Source: an uncultured Acidimicrobiales bacterium (lineage in GTDB: Bacteria > Actinomycetota > Acidimicrobiia > Acidimicrobiales > CATQHL01). From it: 64,000 nt of DNA. The notes below the pieces were generated by a model. That model saw nothing but the letters and a program-made list of their open reading frames with translations, did no database searches and was not told the origin of the DNA. Positions 54,824-63,393 of this stretch are shown in pieces (within the stretch, counting starts at the first letter, position 1; every line of letters begins with the position of its first letter). The stretch lies in the NCBI GenBank assembly GCA_958295925.1, contig CATQHL010000001.1, positions 152,676-216,675 of the forward strand, written 5' to 3'. Position numbers and translations under genes: made by a program.

Positions 54824-55504
54824 GTGGCGCAGGGGGATGGAGGGCCGGCGGCGGAGCGTGCGGACGCCAGCCTGGAACGAAGACTCTGGCTCGACGGCGC
54901 GGCGGTGATCGCCGGCTTGGACGAGGTGGGGCGGGGGGCCTGGGCTGGGCCCCTGGTGGTGGGCGCCGTTGCGCTCGATGCCTCCTGCGCCGATGCGCTG
55001 CCCCACGGGGTTGCCGACTCAAAGCAGCTTTCGCCATCTGAGCGTGAACGGCTGTATCCGCTCATCGCATCTGGCTGTCTTGCCTGGGCGGTCGGGGTGG
55101 CGGGCCACTCCGAATGCGACAGGCTGGGGATGACTGAAGCCCAGCGCCTGGCGGCGGCGCGTGCCCTCGAAGACCTCGGCGTCAGCTGTGACCATCTAAT
55201 CCTCGACGGGCGCCGGGACTTCGTAGGCAACGGCCTGCGTGTCACCACCGTCGTTCGGGGCGACGCCAAGTGCGTCTCCGTGGCGGCGGCCTCGGTGCTG
55301 GCCAAAGTCTGGAGAGACCGCCTGATGATCGGCCTTTCCCGCCACTACCCCCAGTTCGACTTCCACCTCAACAAGGGATACCCCTGCCCCCGCCACAGGG
55401 CTGCCCTGGCCGCCTGGGGGCCGACGGCCATCCACCGCCGCACCTGGGCGTTCATGGATTACCTGCCCGAGGGCCTGGCTACGGGCTGTTCACCCCAGTC
55501 CTGA
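54824..55504 (+). CDS. rnhB: Ribonuclease HII
   Basis: GLDEVGRGAWAGPLVVGA and DSKQLS motifs, with a C-terminal GYP..H region. Confidence 0.92.
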   Translation: MAQGDGGPAAERADASLERRLWLDGAAVIAGLDEVGRGAWAGPLVVGAVALDASCADALPHGVADSKQLSPSERERLYPLIASGCLAWAVGVAGHSECDRLGMTEAQRLAAARALEDLGVSCDHLILDGRRDFVGNGLRVTTVVRGDAKCVSVAAASVLAKVWRDRLMIGLSRHYPQFDFHLNKGYPCPRHRAALAAWGPTAIHRRTWAFMDYLPEGLATGCSPQS

Positions 55505-56529
55505 GCCGAGAGCTCCCCCCACAGGTGCCGGTAGGCAACCCCCGCGCTGCGCTCCCCGTCCAGCACGGCCTGCAGCTCGGCGGCTATGGGCACGTACACG
55601 TCGTGCTCCTCCGCCAGTTCCATCACCGCGCCGGTGGTTCTCGGGCCTTCGGCCACCTGAGTCATGGAATCTAGAATCTCGTCGAGCTTTCTTCCCCGCC
55701 CGAGCTGTTCGCCCACGAAGTGGTTGCGGCTGTGCGGGCTCAGGCACGTGGCCAGGAGGTCGCCCAGGCCCGCCAGCCCCGCAAAAGTGGCCGGGTCGCC
55801 CCCCATCGCCACCCCCAGCCGGGTCAGCTCCTCCAACCCCCTGGTGATGATCGCCGCGCGGGTGTTGTCGGATATGCCGAGACCGTCGGCCATCCCCACC
55901 ACCATCGCCACCACGTTCTTGAGCGCCCCCGCCAACTCGCAGCCAATCACGTCATCGGTCACGTACACGCGGAACGCCTCCGTGGAGAACAGCGGCTGCA
56001 GAACCTTGGCCAGGCCGGTGTCCTGCATCGCCAGCACTGCCGCCGCCGACTCCCCAGCCAGCACCTCCCTGGCCAGGTTGGGCCCAGTCAGAACTCCGGC
56101 CTGGCTGAAGGGCGACTCCTCCAGCACGATCTCGGTCATGCGCCTGTGTGTCACCTGCTCCAGGCCCTTTGAGAAGCTCACTACAGGTATCCCGGCCTGC
56201 AGGTGCCCGGCCACTTTCCTCATCACGCCGCGAAAAACGTGCGACGGCACCGCCATGGCCACAACGTCGGCTTCCGACAGCGTCTGCGCCATGTCCACCG
56301 AGGCGACGATGCCGGGCGTGAGGCTGAAGCCGGGCAGGTACTGCCCGTTGGTCGAGTCCTCGTTGATCTCCTCGGCGATCTCCGCCCTGCGGCACCAGAG
56401 GCGGGTAGGCGTCTTCGTGGCTATGAGCGAGGCGATGGTAGTGCCCCAGGAGCCTCCTCCGATCACCGCTACTTGCGTAGGTGGGGCTGTGTGGTGCGCC
56501 GACAGGGACATTGAGGGGAGATTAGCCAA
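55459..56529 (-). CDS. gpsA: NAD(P)H-dependent glycerol-3-phosphate dehydrogenase
   Basis: VAVIGGGSWGTT, GPNLAREV and SRNHFVGEQLGRG. Confidence 0.93.
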   Translation of the reverse strand: MANLPSMSLSAHHTAPPTQVAVIGGGSWGTTIASLIATKTPTRLWCRRAEIAEEINEDSTNGQYLPGFSLTPGIVASVDMAQTLSEADVVAMAVPSHVFRGVMRKVAGHLQAGIPVVSFSKGLEQVTHRRMTEIVLEESPFSQAGVLTGPNLAREVLAGESAAAVLAMQDTGLAKVLQPLFSTEAFRVYVTDDVIGCELAGALKNVVAMVVGMADGLGISDNTRAAIITRGLEELTRLGVAMGGDPATFAGLAGLGDLLATCLSPHSRNHFVGEQLGRGRKLDEILDSMTQVAEGPRTTGAVMELAEEHDVYVPIAAELQAVLDGERSAGVAYRHLWGELSAQDWGEQPVARPSGR

Positions 56530-56566
56530 AACTCCGCCGCCCTATCGGATCGACGCCGTCCGACGC

Positions 56567-57811
56567 TCAGGCGATTGCACCCGCATCCCGCAGTTCATCT
56601 GCCCGCCGGCCTCCCATCGCGCCCACGATCTCATCGGTGTCCCTGCCCGGGGTCGGCGCACTCCAGCCCGGTGCGGCGGGTGTTCCACCGAAACGCACGG
56701 GCATCCCGGCCTGGCGCACCCTCCCGACGGCTGGATGACCGGTCTCCACAAAGAAGCGCCTCTCTCGCAGGTGACTGTTGGCGGGCAGATCGGCCAGCGG
56801 CACCGCTGGGCTGTTGGGCACGTCCCTGGCCTCCAGCAGGCGGGTGGCCTCCTCCGTGGGTATCTCGCCCAGACGCCTGCGAATCTCCCTCCACGCTGCG
56901 CCGGCAGCCGCCCGGTTGCCGTGGCGGGCGGCCATGGTCGCCACGTCCTCGCCAAAGGGGACGCCCAGCGCCTTGCAGAGCCCCTCGAACTGCCCGTCGG
57001 TTAGCGCCACCACGTAGATCCAGCCGTCGGAGGTCTTCAGCGGCTTCACGTGGGCGGCCGGGTCGGAGCGCTGCGGGCCGTCGTAGTCGAGCAGGGTCTC
57101 GCGCCCCGCCGCATCCATCCACAGGAAGGCGGCGGAGACCTCCAGCATTGACACCTCCACTACCTGCCCGGCGGCCCCCCGCTCCCTGGCCAGCAGGGCT
57201 GCGGTGGCGGCCTGGGCGGCGTAGAGGGCTGCGAGTTTGTCGGAGACGGTGTGCCGAAGGGTGTGCGGGCGGCCAGTCCCGTCGTCGGCCTCGAGCGCCG
57301 CGAACCCCGACATCGCCTGGACTATGCCGTCGTATGCCGCCCGCCCTGCCAGAGGGCCGCTGAGACCGAAGCCGGTCACCCAAACCACGATGAGGTCAGG
57401 GTTGGCGGCGTGCAAGTCCTGTGGCGCCAGCCCCAGCCGACCCGCCACGCCAGGACGAAAGTTCATGAACACGACATCCGCCCCCCTGGCCAAGTCCAGG
57501 ACGATTTTGAGGCCCTGTTCGGTGCGGAGGTTCACGGTTGCGACCCGCTTGGAGCGGTTGGTCATCTGATACAGCCCGGACACCTCTGCGATGGCAGGCC
57601 CTATGTGGCGGATCACGTCCCCGGGCGCCGGGGGCTCAAGCTTGATCACGTCCGCCCCCTGGTCGGCCAGCATGCCTGAGGCCATCGGCGCGGCCAGGGC
57701 GGTGGCGATGTCCAGCACCCTCACCCCTGCAAGCGGCGGGGCGTCGGGGCTGCGACGGCCACGTTCGGGGGAAAGCCAGGGGCTGCCGGGTTCGCTCGCA
57801 CTCATTGGCAT
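56567..57811 (-). CDS. Family III CoA-transferase (CaiB/BaiF)
   Basis: GVRVLDIATALAAPMASGMLADQGADVIKLEPP N-terminal signature. Confidence 0.88.
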   Translation of the reverse strand: MPMSASEPGSPWLSPERGRRSPDAPPLAGVRVLDIATALAAPMASGMLADQGADVIKLEPPAPGDVIRHIGPAIAEVSGLYQMTNRSKRVATVNLRTEQGLKIVLDLARGADVVFMNFRPGVAGRLGLAPQDLHAANPDLIVVWVTGFGLSGPLAGRAAYDGIVQAMSGFAALEADDGTGRPHTLRHTVSDKLAALYAAQAATAALLARERGAAGQVVEVSMLEVSAAFLWMDAAGRETLLDYDGPQRSDPAAHVKPLKTSDGWIYVVALTDGQFEGLCKALGVPFGEDVATMAARHGNRAAAGAAWREIRRRLGEIPTEEATRLLEARDVPNSPAVPLADLPANSHLRERRFFVETGHPAVGRVRQAGMPVRFGGTPAAPGWSAPTPGRDTDEIVGAMGGRRADELRDAGAIA

Positions 57812-57873
57812 CTCGCATTCATTGGCAGGCAGCCTAAGTGCAAAGGGTTATCGCCCCGCAAGGCGCCTTCCGA

Positions 57874-57961
57874 ATCCAGGGGGCCTGACCGGGCCGCCCC
57901 CTGATCCAGGGGGCCTGACCGGGCCGCCCCCTGATCCTGGGCCTGACCGGGCCGCCCCCTG
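57874..57961. repeat. 30-bp tandem repeat x about 3, each unit an 8-bp GC hairpin (CAGGGGGC-N11-GCCCCCTG)
   Basis: ATCCAGGGGGCCTGACCGGGCCGCCCCCTG occurs at 57874-57903 and 57904-57933. A 28-bp degenerate copy lies at 57934-57961. The array sits in the divergent CoA-transferase/hsp20 spacer. Confidence 0.9.
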
Positions 57962-58051
57962 CGGAAATTCGGGGCCGCCCCTGCGGGAATAATGCGATGC
58001 GCCTGTTCGTTTGATCAGTCAAGCAACAGACAAACCACGAAAGGAGAAAGC

Positions 58052-58498
58052 ATGTTCCTTAAATCATTTACCCCCCTCCACGAGCTGGAGAACTTCCTCC
58101 TGCCATCGGGTGCAGGCCGCAGGGCCGACGCCGGGGCTTCAGCCCTGTTCGGCGCCCCTTACGACATCTACCGCCACGAGGACAGGATCGAGGTCTGGAT
58201 CGACCTTCCAGGCCTTGATGCCTCAGCCATCAACCTGACGGTTTCGGGGCGCAGCCTGGAAATCTCAGGGCGACGCGAGCGCAGAGGCCCCGGCGAAGGC
58301 ACTGCAATCGCTTCCCACCGCAGATTCGGCGACTTCAAGTACCACCTTCAGATTGGCGGCGAGCTCGACCCTTCCCGCGTCTCCGCCGACTACGTCGACG
58401 GCGTGCTGAAGGTGACGCTGCCGCTGGCCGAGCAGGCCAAGCCCCGCAGGATTGCAGTGGGGTCGGCAGTCGGGGGCGAACTAGAGGATCCCCGGTAG
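58052..58498 (+). CDS. Hsp20/alpha-crystallin small heat-shock protein
   Basis: YDIYRHEDRIEVWIDLPGLD ... GVLKVTLP. ATG 58052 follows an AAAGGAG Shine-Dalgarno. The longest ORF starts at 57992. Confidence 0.9.
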   Translation: MFLKSFTPLHELENFLLPSGAGRRADAGASALFGAPYDIYRHEDRIEVWIDLPGLDASAINLTVSGRSLEISGRRERRGPGEGTAIASHRRFGDFKYHLQIGGELDPSRVSADYVDGVLKVTLPLAEQAKPRRIAVGSAVGGELEDPR

Positions 58499-58509
58499 GC
58501 ATCCCAGGA

Positions 58510-58559
58510 AAGCGGGCCCGGCTCGCCGGTTCGTACCCGCCAGCGAGCAAGGCCCGCTT
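58510..58559 (+). terminator. Long imperfect GC hairpin after hsp20 (possible terminator)
   Basis: AAGCGGGCC (58510-58518) pairs with GGCCCGCTT (58551-58559). An inner GCTCGC/GCGAGC stem is present. There is no U-tract. Confidence 0.3.
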
Positions 58560-58626
58560 CAGCCTGGGCCCGGCTCGGCCGCCAGGCAAGGCCAGGGCGT
58601 CGCCCGTCCACAACACCCCCCCGTCA

Positions 58627-59322
58627 ATGTCATCGGCTGATGCGGCTGTGCTTGTGCCTGTAAAGGCGTTTGCCTTCGCAAAAAATCGGCTGGCACCCGA
58701 ACTCTCCCCTCTAGACCGGAGCGAATTGGCCAGGCTGATGGCGGGGCACGTGCTGGCTGTCGCCGCCCCCTTGCCGACATTCGTGGTCTGCGATGACGAG
58801 GAGGTGGCAGCGTGGGCAAGAGACGCTGCGGAGGTGATAGTGCGGCCGGAAGCCGGGCTCAACGGGGCAGTGGCCGGAGGTTTCTCCCACTTGCTGAAGC
58901 GGGGTTTTGCGAAGGTCGTCGTCGCACACGGCGACTTGCCGCTTGCCAGGGGCTTTTCGCACCTGCTCGGCTTCGACGGCGTGACCGCCGTGCCCGACCG
59001 GGCGGAAGACGGCACCAACGTGCTCTGCCTGCCCTCCTCGGCAGGGGCGTTCGGGTTTGGCTACGGGGCGGGATCGTTTGCCCGGCACTGCGCCGAGGCC
59101 CGTCGGCTGGGGCTGCAGCTGAGGGTGCTGCATGACCCTGACCTGGCCCTTGACATCGACACCCCCGCGGACCTTGCCGAACTCACGGGACTGGGGCGCC
59201 AAACCCCTTTCCTACCTGGGCTTGCGCACCGGCGGCAGCCACCGGAAGAAGCGGACGCCCACGAGAGCGCCCGCCAGCAGCCACGCGGCCATGACCCCCA
59301 GGTTGGACCAGTCCCAGGCTGA
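58627..59322 (+). CDS. cofC: 2-phospho-L-lactate / phosphoenolpyruvate guanylyltransferase (F420 biosynthesis, CofC/FbiD)
   Basis: AVLVPVKAF..AKNRL, GLNGAV, AHGDLPLA, DGTNVL and DIDTPADL. Confidence 0.8.
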   Translation: MSSADAAVLVPVKAFAFAKNRLAPELSPLDRSELARLMAGHVLAVAAPLPTFVVCDDEEVAAWARDAAEVIVRPEAGLNGAVAGGFSHLLKRGFAKVVVAHGDLPLARGFSHLLGFDGVTAVPDRAEDGTNVLCLPSSAGAFGFGYGAGSFARHCAEARRLGLQLRVLHDPDLALDIDTPADLAELTGLGRQTPFLPGLAHRRQPPEEADAHESARQQPRGHDPQVGPVPG

Positions 59323-60102
59323 GACCCCGGAAAGCAGCGGGTTCGTGGTATTCGACATCTGGCTCACGAAGGGCTTCAACGGTGTTACGTCCCCGACGAC
59401 CCGCAACCACGTGGGGGGGTCATCCATCGGGATGAAGACGTTGGAGACGAACGCCAGGGGGAGGATGGTGATGTTGGCGATGGCAGGCGTAGCGGTGGCG
59501 GAGGGGGTCAGGGCGGCCAGCGCCACCCCCAGCGCGGCGAACGTGGTGGAGCCCAGGAGGAAGGAGACCACCGCCCCCGGGATCTGCGAGGCCGCCCCGA
59601 ATGAGACGTCCATGGCCAGCACCCCCACCAGAATCATCATCAGGAACCCGAACCCCGCCAGGACGATGCTTGAAACGACCTGCCCTACAACAAAAGTGGT
59701 GGCAGACACGGGGGTTGAGCGAATTCGCTTCAGGGTGCCGTCGTCGCGCTGGAATGCAATCCCGATGCCAAGGTTCGTGTAGGTGGAGGACGCTATGGAG
59801 AAACAGCCGATGGCCGGGGCGTAGAACTGGGCCAACGACAGCATCACGCCCTCGATTTCCACCGACCCGGGAATCAACGAGGCAAGCAGCACGAACATCA
59901 GCAGAGGAAAGATCACCGTGAAGAAGGCCGCCATGGGAGTCCGCCAGACGGTCAGCTGATTAAAGCGGATGGTAATTCCGAGCACCCTCAGGGTTTCCCG
60001 CGCCCGTCCTATGATGCGCCTCGCAGCCTCGGCCGAGGTGCTCATGGCGTCGCCGGGGGCTGGTTCGCGCACACGCTGATGAGCCTTTTCGTCGGGCATC
60101 AT
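59212..60102 (-). CDS. ABC-2 type transporter permease
   Basis: Six-TM ABC-2 pattern. The start overlaps the stop of the upstream ATPase gene. Confidence 0.8.
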   Translation of the reverse strand: MMPDEKAHQRVREPAPGDAMSTSAEAARRIIGRARETLRVLGITIRFNQLTVWRTPMAAFFTVIFPLLMFVLLASLIPGSVEIEGVMLSLAQFYAPAIGCFSIASSTYTNLGIGIAFQRDDGTLKRIRSTPVSATTFVVGQVVSSIVLAGFGFLMMILVGVLAMDVSFGAASQIPGAVVSFLLGSTTFAALGVALAALTPSATATPAIANITILPLAFVSNVFIPMDDPPTWLRVVGDVTPLKPFVSQMSNTTNPLLSGVSAWDWSNLGVMAAWLLAGALVGVRFFRWLPPVRKPR

Positions 60103-61010
60103 TCGGCGGCTGCCGCTACCAGCGACAGGTAGACGTCCTCCAGGCTCGGCCTGCTCACGCTCAGTTCGCCCAACTCCAAGCCGCGTGCGGCGGCCCAGCC
60201 TGTGATCTCGGCCAGGTCCGCGGTCGGGCTCCTGAGCACAATCCGAACCGAGCGCCCGTCGCCGGCAAGCCCCTCCCGCAGGCGGTCCGGCATCTCCTCG
60301 GCCGCGACGCCGGCAGGAAGGCTGAATGTCAGCTGTGGGCGCTCGCCCCCAAGGAGCGAGTCAAGCGACCCGCACGCCGCCAGCCTGCCCCCCGCGATGA
60401 TCGCCACCCGGTCGGCCAGATACTGAGCCTCCTCCATGTAGTGGGTCGTAAGAAGGATCGTCCTGCCAAGGCCGCGAAAGGCCTTCAGGACCTCCCAGGC
60501 CTCCCGGCGGGCCTCCGGGTCGAAGCCGGTCGTGGGCTCGTCCAGGAAGAGCACGTCAGGATCCGCCAGCAGCCCCATCCCCAAGTCCAGGCGCCGCCTC
60601 TCCCCGCCCGACAGCGACTTGATGCGCCGGCGGCGCCTGCCCTCCAAGCCGACGAGGGACAGGACGTGGTCGATGTCAAGGCGGCTGCGATAGGCGCCGC
60701 CCCACAACCTCATGTTTTCCTCCACGGTCAGGGCGGTTTCCCTGCTCACGTCCTGCAGGACGACACCTATCCTCTCACGGAACTCCCGATCCCTTGCATA
60801 GGGGTCATAACCAAGGACGCGCACCGACCCCCCGCTGGGCTTTCGGAAGCCCACCAGCGTGTCCACCGTGGTGGACTTCCCGGCCCCGTTAGGCCCCAGC
60901 AGGGCGAACAACTCCCCCTTCGACACCTCAAAGGAGATCCCCCGCACGGCCTTCACCGTCCCGAAGTTCTTGGTGAGATTGCTGACCTCGATGGCCGCCT
61001 CGCCGCTCAT
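60099..61010 (-). CDS. ABC transporter ATP-binding protein (DrrA/ABC-2 type)
   Basis: Walker A GPNGAGKSTT, signature LSGGERRRL and Walker B LFLDEPT. Confidence 0.92.
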   Translation of the reverse strand: MSGEAAIEVSNLTKNFGTVKAVRGISFEVSKGELFALLGPNGAGKSTTVDTLVGFRKPSGGSVRVLGYDPYARDREFRERIGVVLQDVSRETALTVEENMRLWGGAYRSRLDIDHVLSLVGLEGRRRRRIKSLSGGERRRLDLGMGLLADPDVLFLDEPTTGFDPEARREAWEVLKAFRGLGRTILLTTHYMEEAQYLADRVAIIAGGRLAACGSLDSLLGGERPQLTFSLPAGVAAEEMPDRLREGLAGDGRSVRIVLRSPTADLAEITGWAAARGLELGELSVSRPSLEDVYLSLVAAAAE

Positions 61011-61043
61011 CGTTGAAGAATCACCAATGCGGTAAGTGCCCGC

Positions 61044-61820
61044 CTATCGGCGGCGGCGTTGCTCCGCCCTCTGTTTGGCCTGCTCCTCCATCAGGGCCAT
61101 CAACCCGGGAAACCCTGGCACTTTGGAAAGGCTGCGCGCGAGGGCGTAGAGGCCGACAACGGTAATGAACACGTACAAGGGCCAGTTGATGAGCAGTCTC
61201 CACAGCACGTAGGAGTTGGCGGAGATATCACCACTCAGCAGCCAAATGTCGAAGGATGCAGAGGCAGCGAGCACCGCGCCGAGTGCTAGGAGGCTCCGAT
61301 CTATCGGCTTGCGGAACTCAGGCAGGTCGCATACCTCCTTGGCCAGCCCCAGCGCACGACGGAGCGAGAGGTCGGCGATCCTCAGCTTGAGCGGCACCGT
61401 CAGGGCCACCCCCAGGGCGATCGCATACTTGTAGGCAATCCCTATGCCAAAGTAGACATCCGGGTTATTGGCGACAATCCCGATCACCCCGCGTATGAGT
61501 ACCGCGACTATCACCACGGGCAGGATGATTCCGATGGAGATCCCGAGTCGGACGCGCAGCACCGCCGAGGCAATCCCCACTGCAGTGGTGGCGATGATCG
61601 CCGCCATCAGGCTGACCCAGCTGTTGAACATCAGGAAGGCCGCCACTGCCAGCACGGAGTCGTAACCAACCCACCAGGGCAGATAGAGGTCTTCGTCCTG
61701 CGATGTGAACGAGATGGCGGGTTCGCCGGGCGGCTTCACGAGATCACCGGCGCCGGCGCCGGCCTCGAGCCCGTCCGCCCCTGCGTCCTTGCCCACCCCT
61801 TCCTCGTGCGTCATGTCCAT
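61044..61820 (-). CDS. Hypothetical polytopic membrane protein
   Basis: Acidic N-terminus, then five or more hydrophobic helices and a basic C-terminal tail (KQRAEQRRRR). No family recognised with confidence. Confidence 0.5.
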   Translation of the reverse strand: MDMTHEEGVGKDAGADGLEAGAGAGDLVKPPGEPAISFTSQDEDLYLPWWVGYDSVLAVAAFLMFNSWVSLMAAIIATTAVGIASAVLRVRLGISIGIILPVVIVAVLIRGVIGIVANNPDVYFGIGIAYKYAIALGVALTVPLKLRIADLSLRRALGLAKEVCDLPEFRKPIDRSLLALGAVLAASASFDIWLLSGDISANSYVLWRLLINWPLYVFITVVGLYALARSLSKVPGFPGLMALMEEQAKQRAEQRRRR

Positions 61821-61838
61821 CTGCTCAGCCCCCAGGTC

Positions 61839-62591
61839 TCAGCTGCTGACCGACATCCACTCCTCGGCCACGCGCCGATCCCCGAGCACCTCCAACTCAT
61901 CTAGGGCGATGCACCCCCAGAGCGCCATTATGAGCTTCTCCGCGCTTGCGCGCACTGCGGCGTCGCCCTTGGCGTGACGGCGTTCAAGCCGCAGATCGCC
62001 GCCCTCCATCCAGCACAGCCACTCCCCCGGCCCGTCCGTCCGATGCAGGTGCAGGCTCCCCTCCGGCTGGTGGGCGCTGCGCAGATCCTGCTGAAATGGC
62101 AGCACCACCCCGAGCATCTCGTCCACCCCGTCGGCGGCGAAGTCCCCGTCGAAGCCGTCGGGCACGCCCACTGCGCTCTGCGCGTCCCAGCGATGGATCG
62201 CTGTCTCGTGGGCCATGCGACGGTGATAGAAGCCGCCCGTCTTGTCCTTCGACCAGCTCCAGATCTCCTCTTCAGGCTCAAGCGAGCGCAGCGCCTCGAG
62301 GACGGAGGCGAGGGAGTCGGTGAACCAGCCCCGAATGGCCTCACCTTCCGGGGGGCGGGGAATCCGATCCGGCTGAACCCGGCCCTGAGGCCGCTGTCGT
62401 ATCTGCTCGCCTACCGAGCAGTAGATGCGCCCGACGTGCCCAACCAGGCGCTCCAGGCTCCAGCCCGGGCATCTCGGCACCGCCAGCGGGAGGTGATCGA
62501 TGGAAATCGTGTCGGCAATCGCTTCGGCTTCGCTGGCCACTGCAGCGATGTATTCATCTTTAGAGAGTTTCATTGGGTGCCTTCTCTCCAA
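61839..62591 (-). CDS. Maleylpyruvate isomerase-family mycothiol-dependent enzyme (MDMPI_N/DinB_2)
   Basis: PRCPGWSLERLVGHVG N-terminal metal-binding pattern, with HRRMAHETAIHRWD. Confidence 0.8.
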   Translation of the reverse strand: MERRHPMKLSKDEYIAAVASEAEAIADTISIDHLPLAVPRCPGWSLERLVGHVGRIYCSVGEQIRQRPQGRVQPDRIPRPPEGEAIRGWFTDSLASVLEALRSLEPEEEIWSWSKDKTGGFYHRRMAHETAIHRWDAQSAVGVPDGFDGDFAADGVDEMLGVVLPFQQDLRSAHQPEGSLHLHRTDGPGEWLCWMEGGDLRLERRHAKGDAAVRASAEKLIMALWGCIALDELEVLGDRRVAEEWMSVSS

Positions 62592-62667
62592 CGGGAAATT
62601 GCTCCGATCACCCTATAGTGGCGCGGGCTTCCCTGGCAGGGCTGCCCGATTACGGAAGGGAAATCCT

Positions 62668-63115
62668 GATGCGAACATTCAATTTGGACGTAGACGCGCT
62701 GCGCAGTTTCCTGCACCTGCTCAGCGTCGGCGTGTGGATCGGCGGTCAGATCGTCGTGGCCGGCCTCATCCCCATTGTCCGCAAGGTCAGCAACCAGGTC
62801 GCAACACCCGAGGGCGAAAAGACGGTCACCCAGAAGATCGCCCACAGGTTCAGCCGGATCGCCTGGCCCTTCTTCGCGCTTGCGATCATCACGGGACTCT
62901 GGAACCTCGAGGCGGTCGCCCCGGAGTGGGGGAACACCTCCCTTGGCTGGAAGGTGGGCTTCTTTGCGAAGCTCGTCCTCGTGGCTCTCTCCGGCGTGGG
63001 CGCCTGGCTGCACGGCAGGGCGCGTCGGCCGGCTGAGCGGGCGATCTTTGCTTCGCTCGCCTCGCTCTCCGCCCTTGTGGCGCTGCTGCTGGCCGCCAGT
63101 TTCAACGTCACCTGA
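62668..63115 (+). CDS. Hypothetical 4-TM membrane protein (CopD-like pattern, tentative)
   Basis: LHLLSVGVWIGGQIVVAGL resembles CopD-type helix 1. ATG at 62668. Confidence 0.45.
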
Positions 63116-63189
63116 ACGCTCCGGCCAGATCAGCAGGCACCCTGCAGCGGGCGCCTGCATCCTCTCCCAACCCGCTCCCCACCTCGGGC

Positions 63190-63393
63190 CTATTCGGTGT
63201 CCGAGGTGGAGTCCGAGCCTTTCCTGAACGCCCGACCGACAAGCCTGCCCAGGCCCCTCAGGAGCTTGCCGATCGCAATGAAACCATGCTTAAGGAGCTT
63301 GCCGACTCCTTTGGCCAGGACTTTTATCAGCTTGCCCACGCCCTTGAAGATGGTCTTGAGGAGCTTGCCAATTCCGCTGAAGAGTCTTTTCAT
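63190..63393 (-). CDS. 67-aa cationic peptide built from 11-residue amphipathic repeats
   Basis: Sequence: MKRLFSGIGKLLKTIFKGVGKLIKVLAKGVGKLLKHGFIAIGKLLRGLGRLVGRAFRKGSDSTSDTE. The ATG shares its A with the TGA of the upstream TrmH gene (TGATG). It is preceded by GGAAAGGAAGG, a strong Shine-Dalgarno. Third codon positions are mostly G/C. Confidence 0.55.
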   Translation of the reverse strand: MKRLFSGIGKLLKTIFKGVGKLIKVLAKGVGKLLKHGFIAIGKLLRGLGRLVGRAFRKGSDSTSDTE

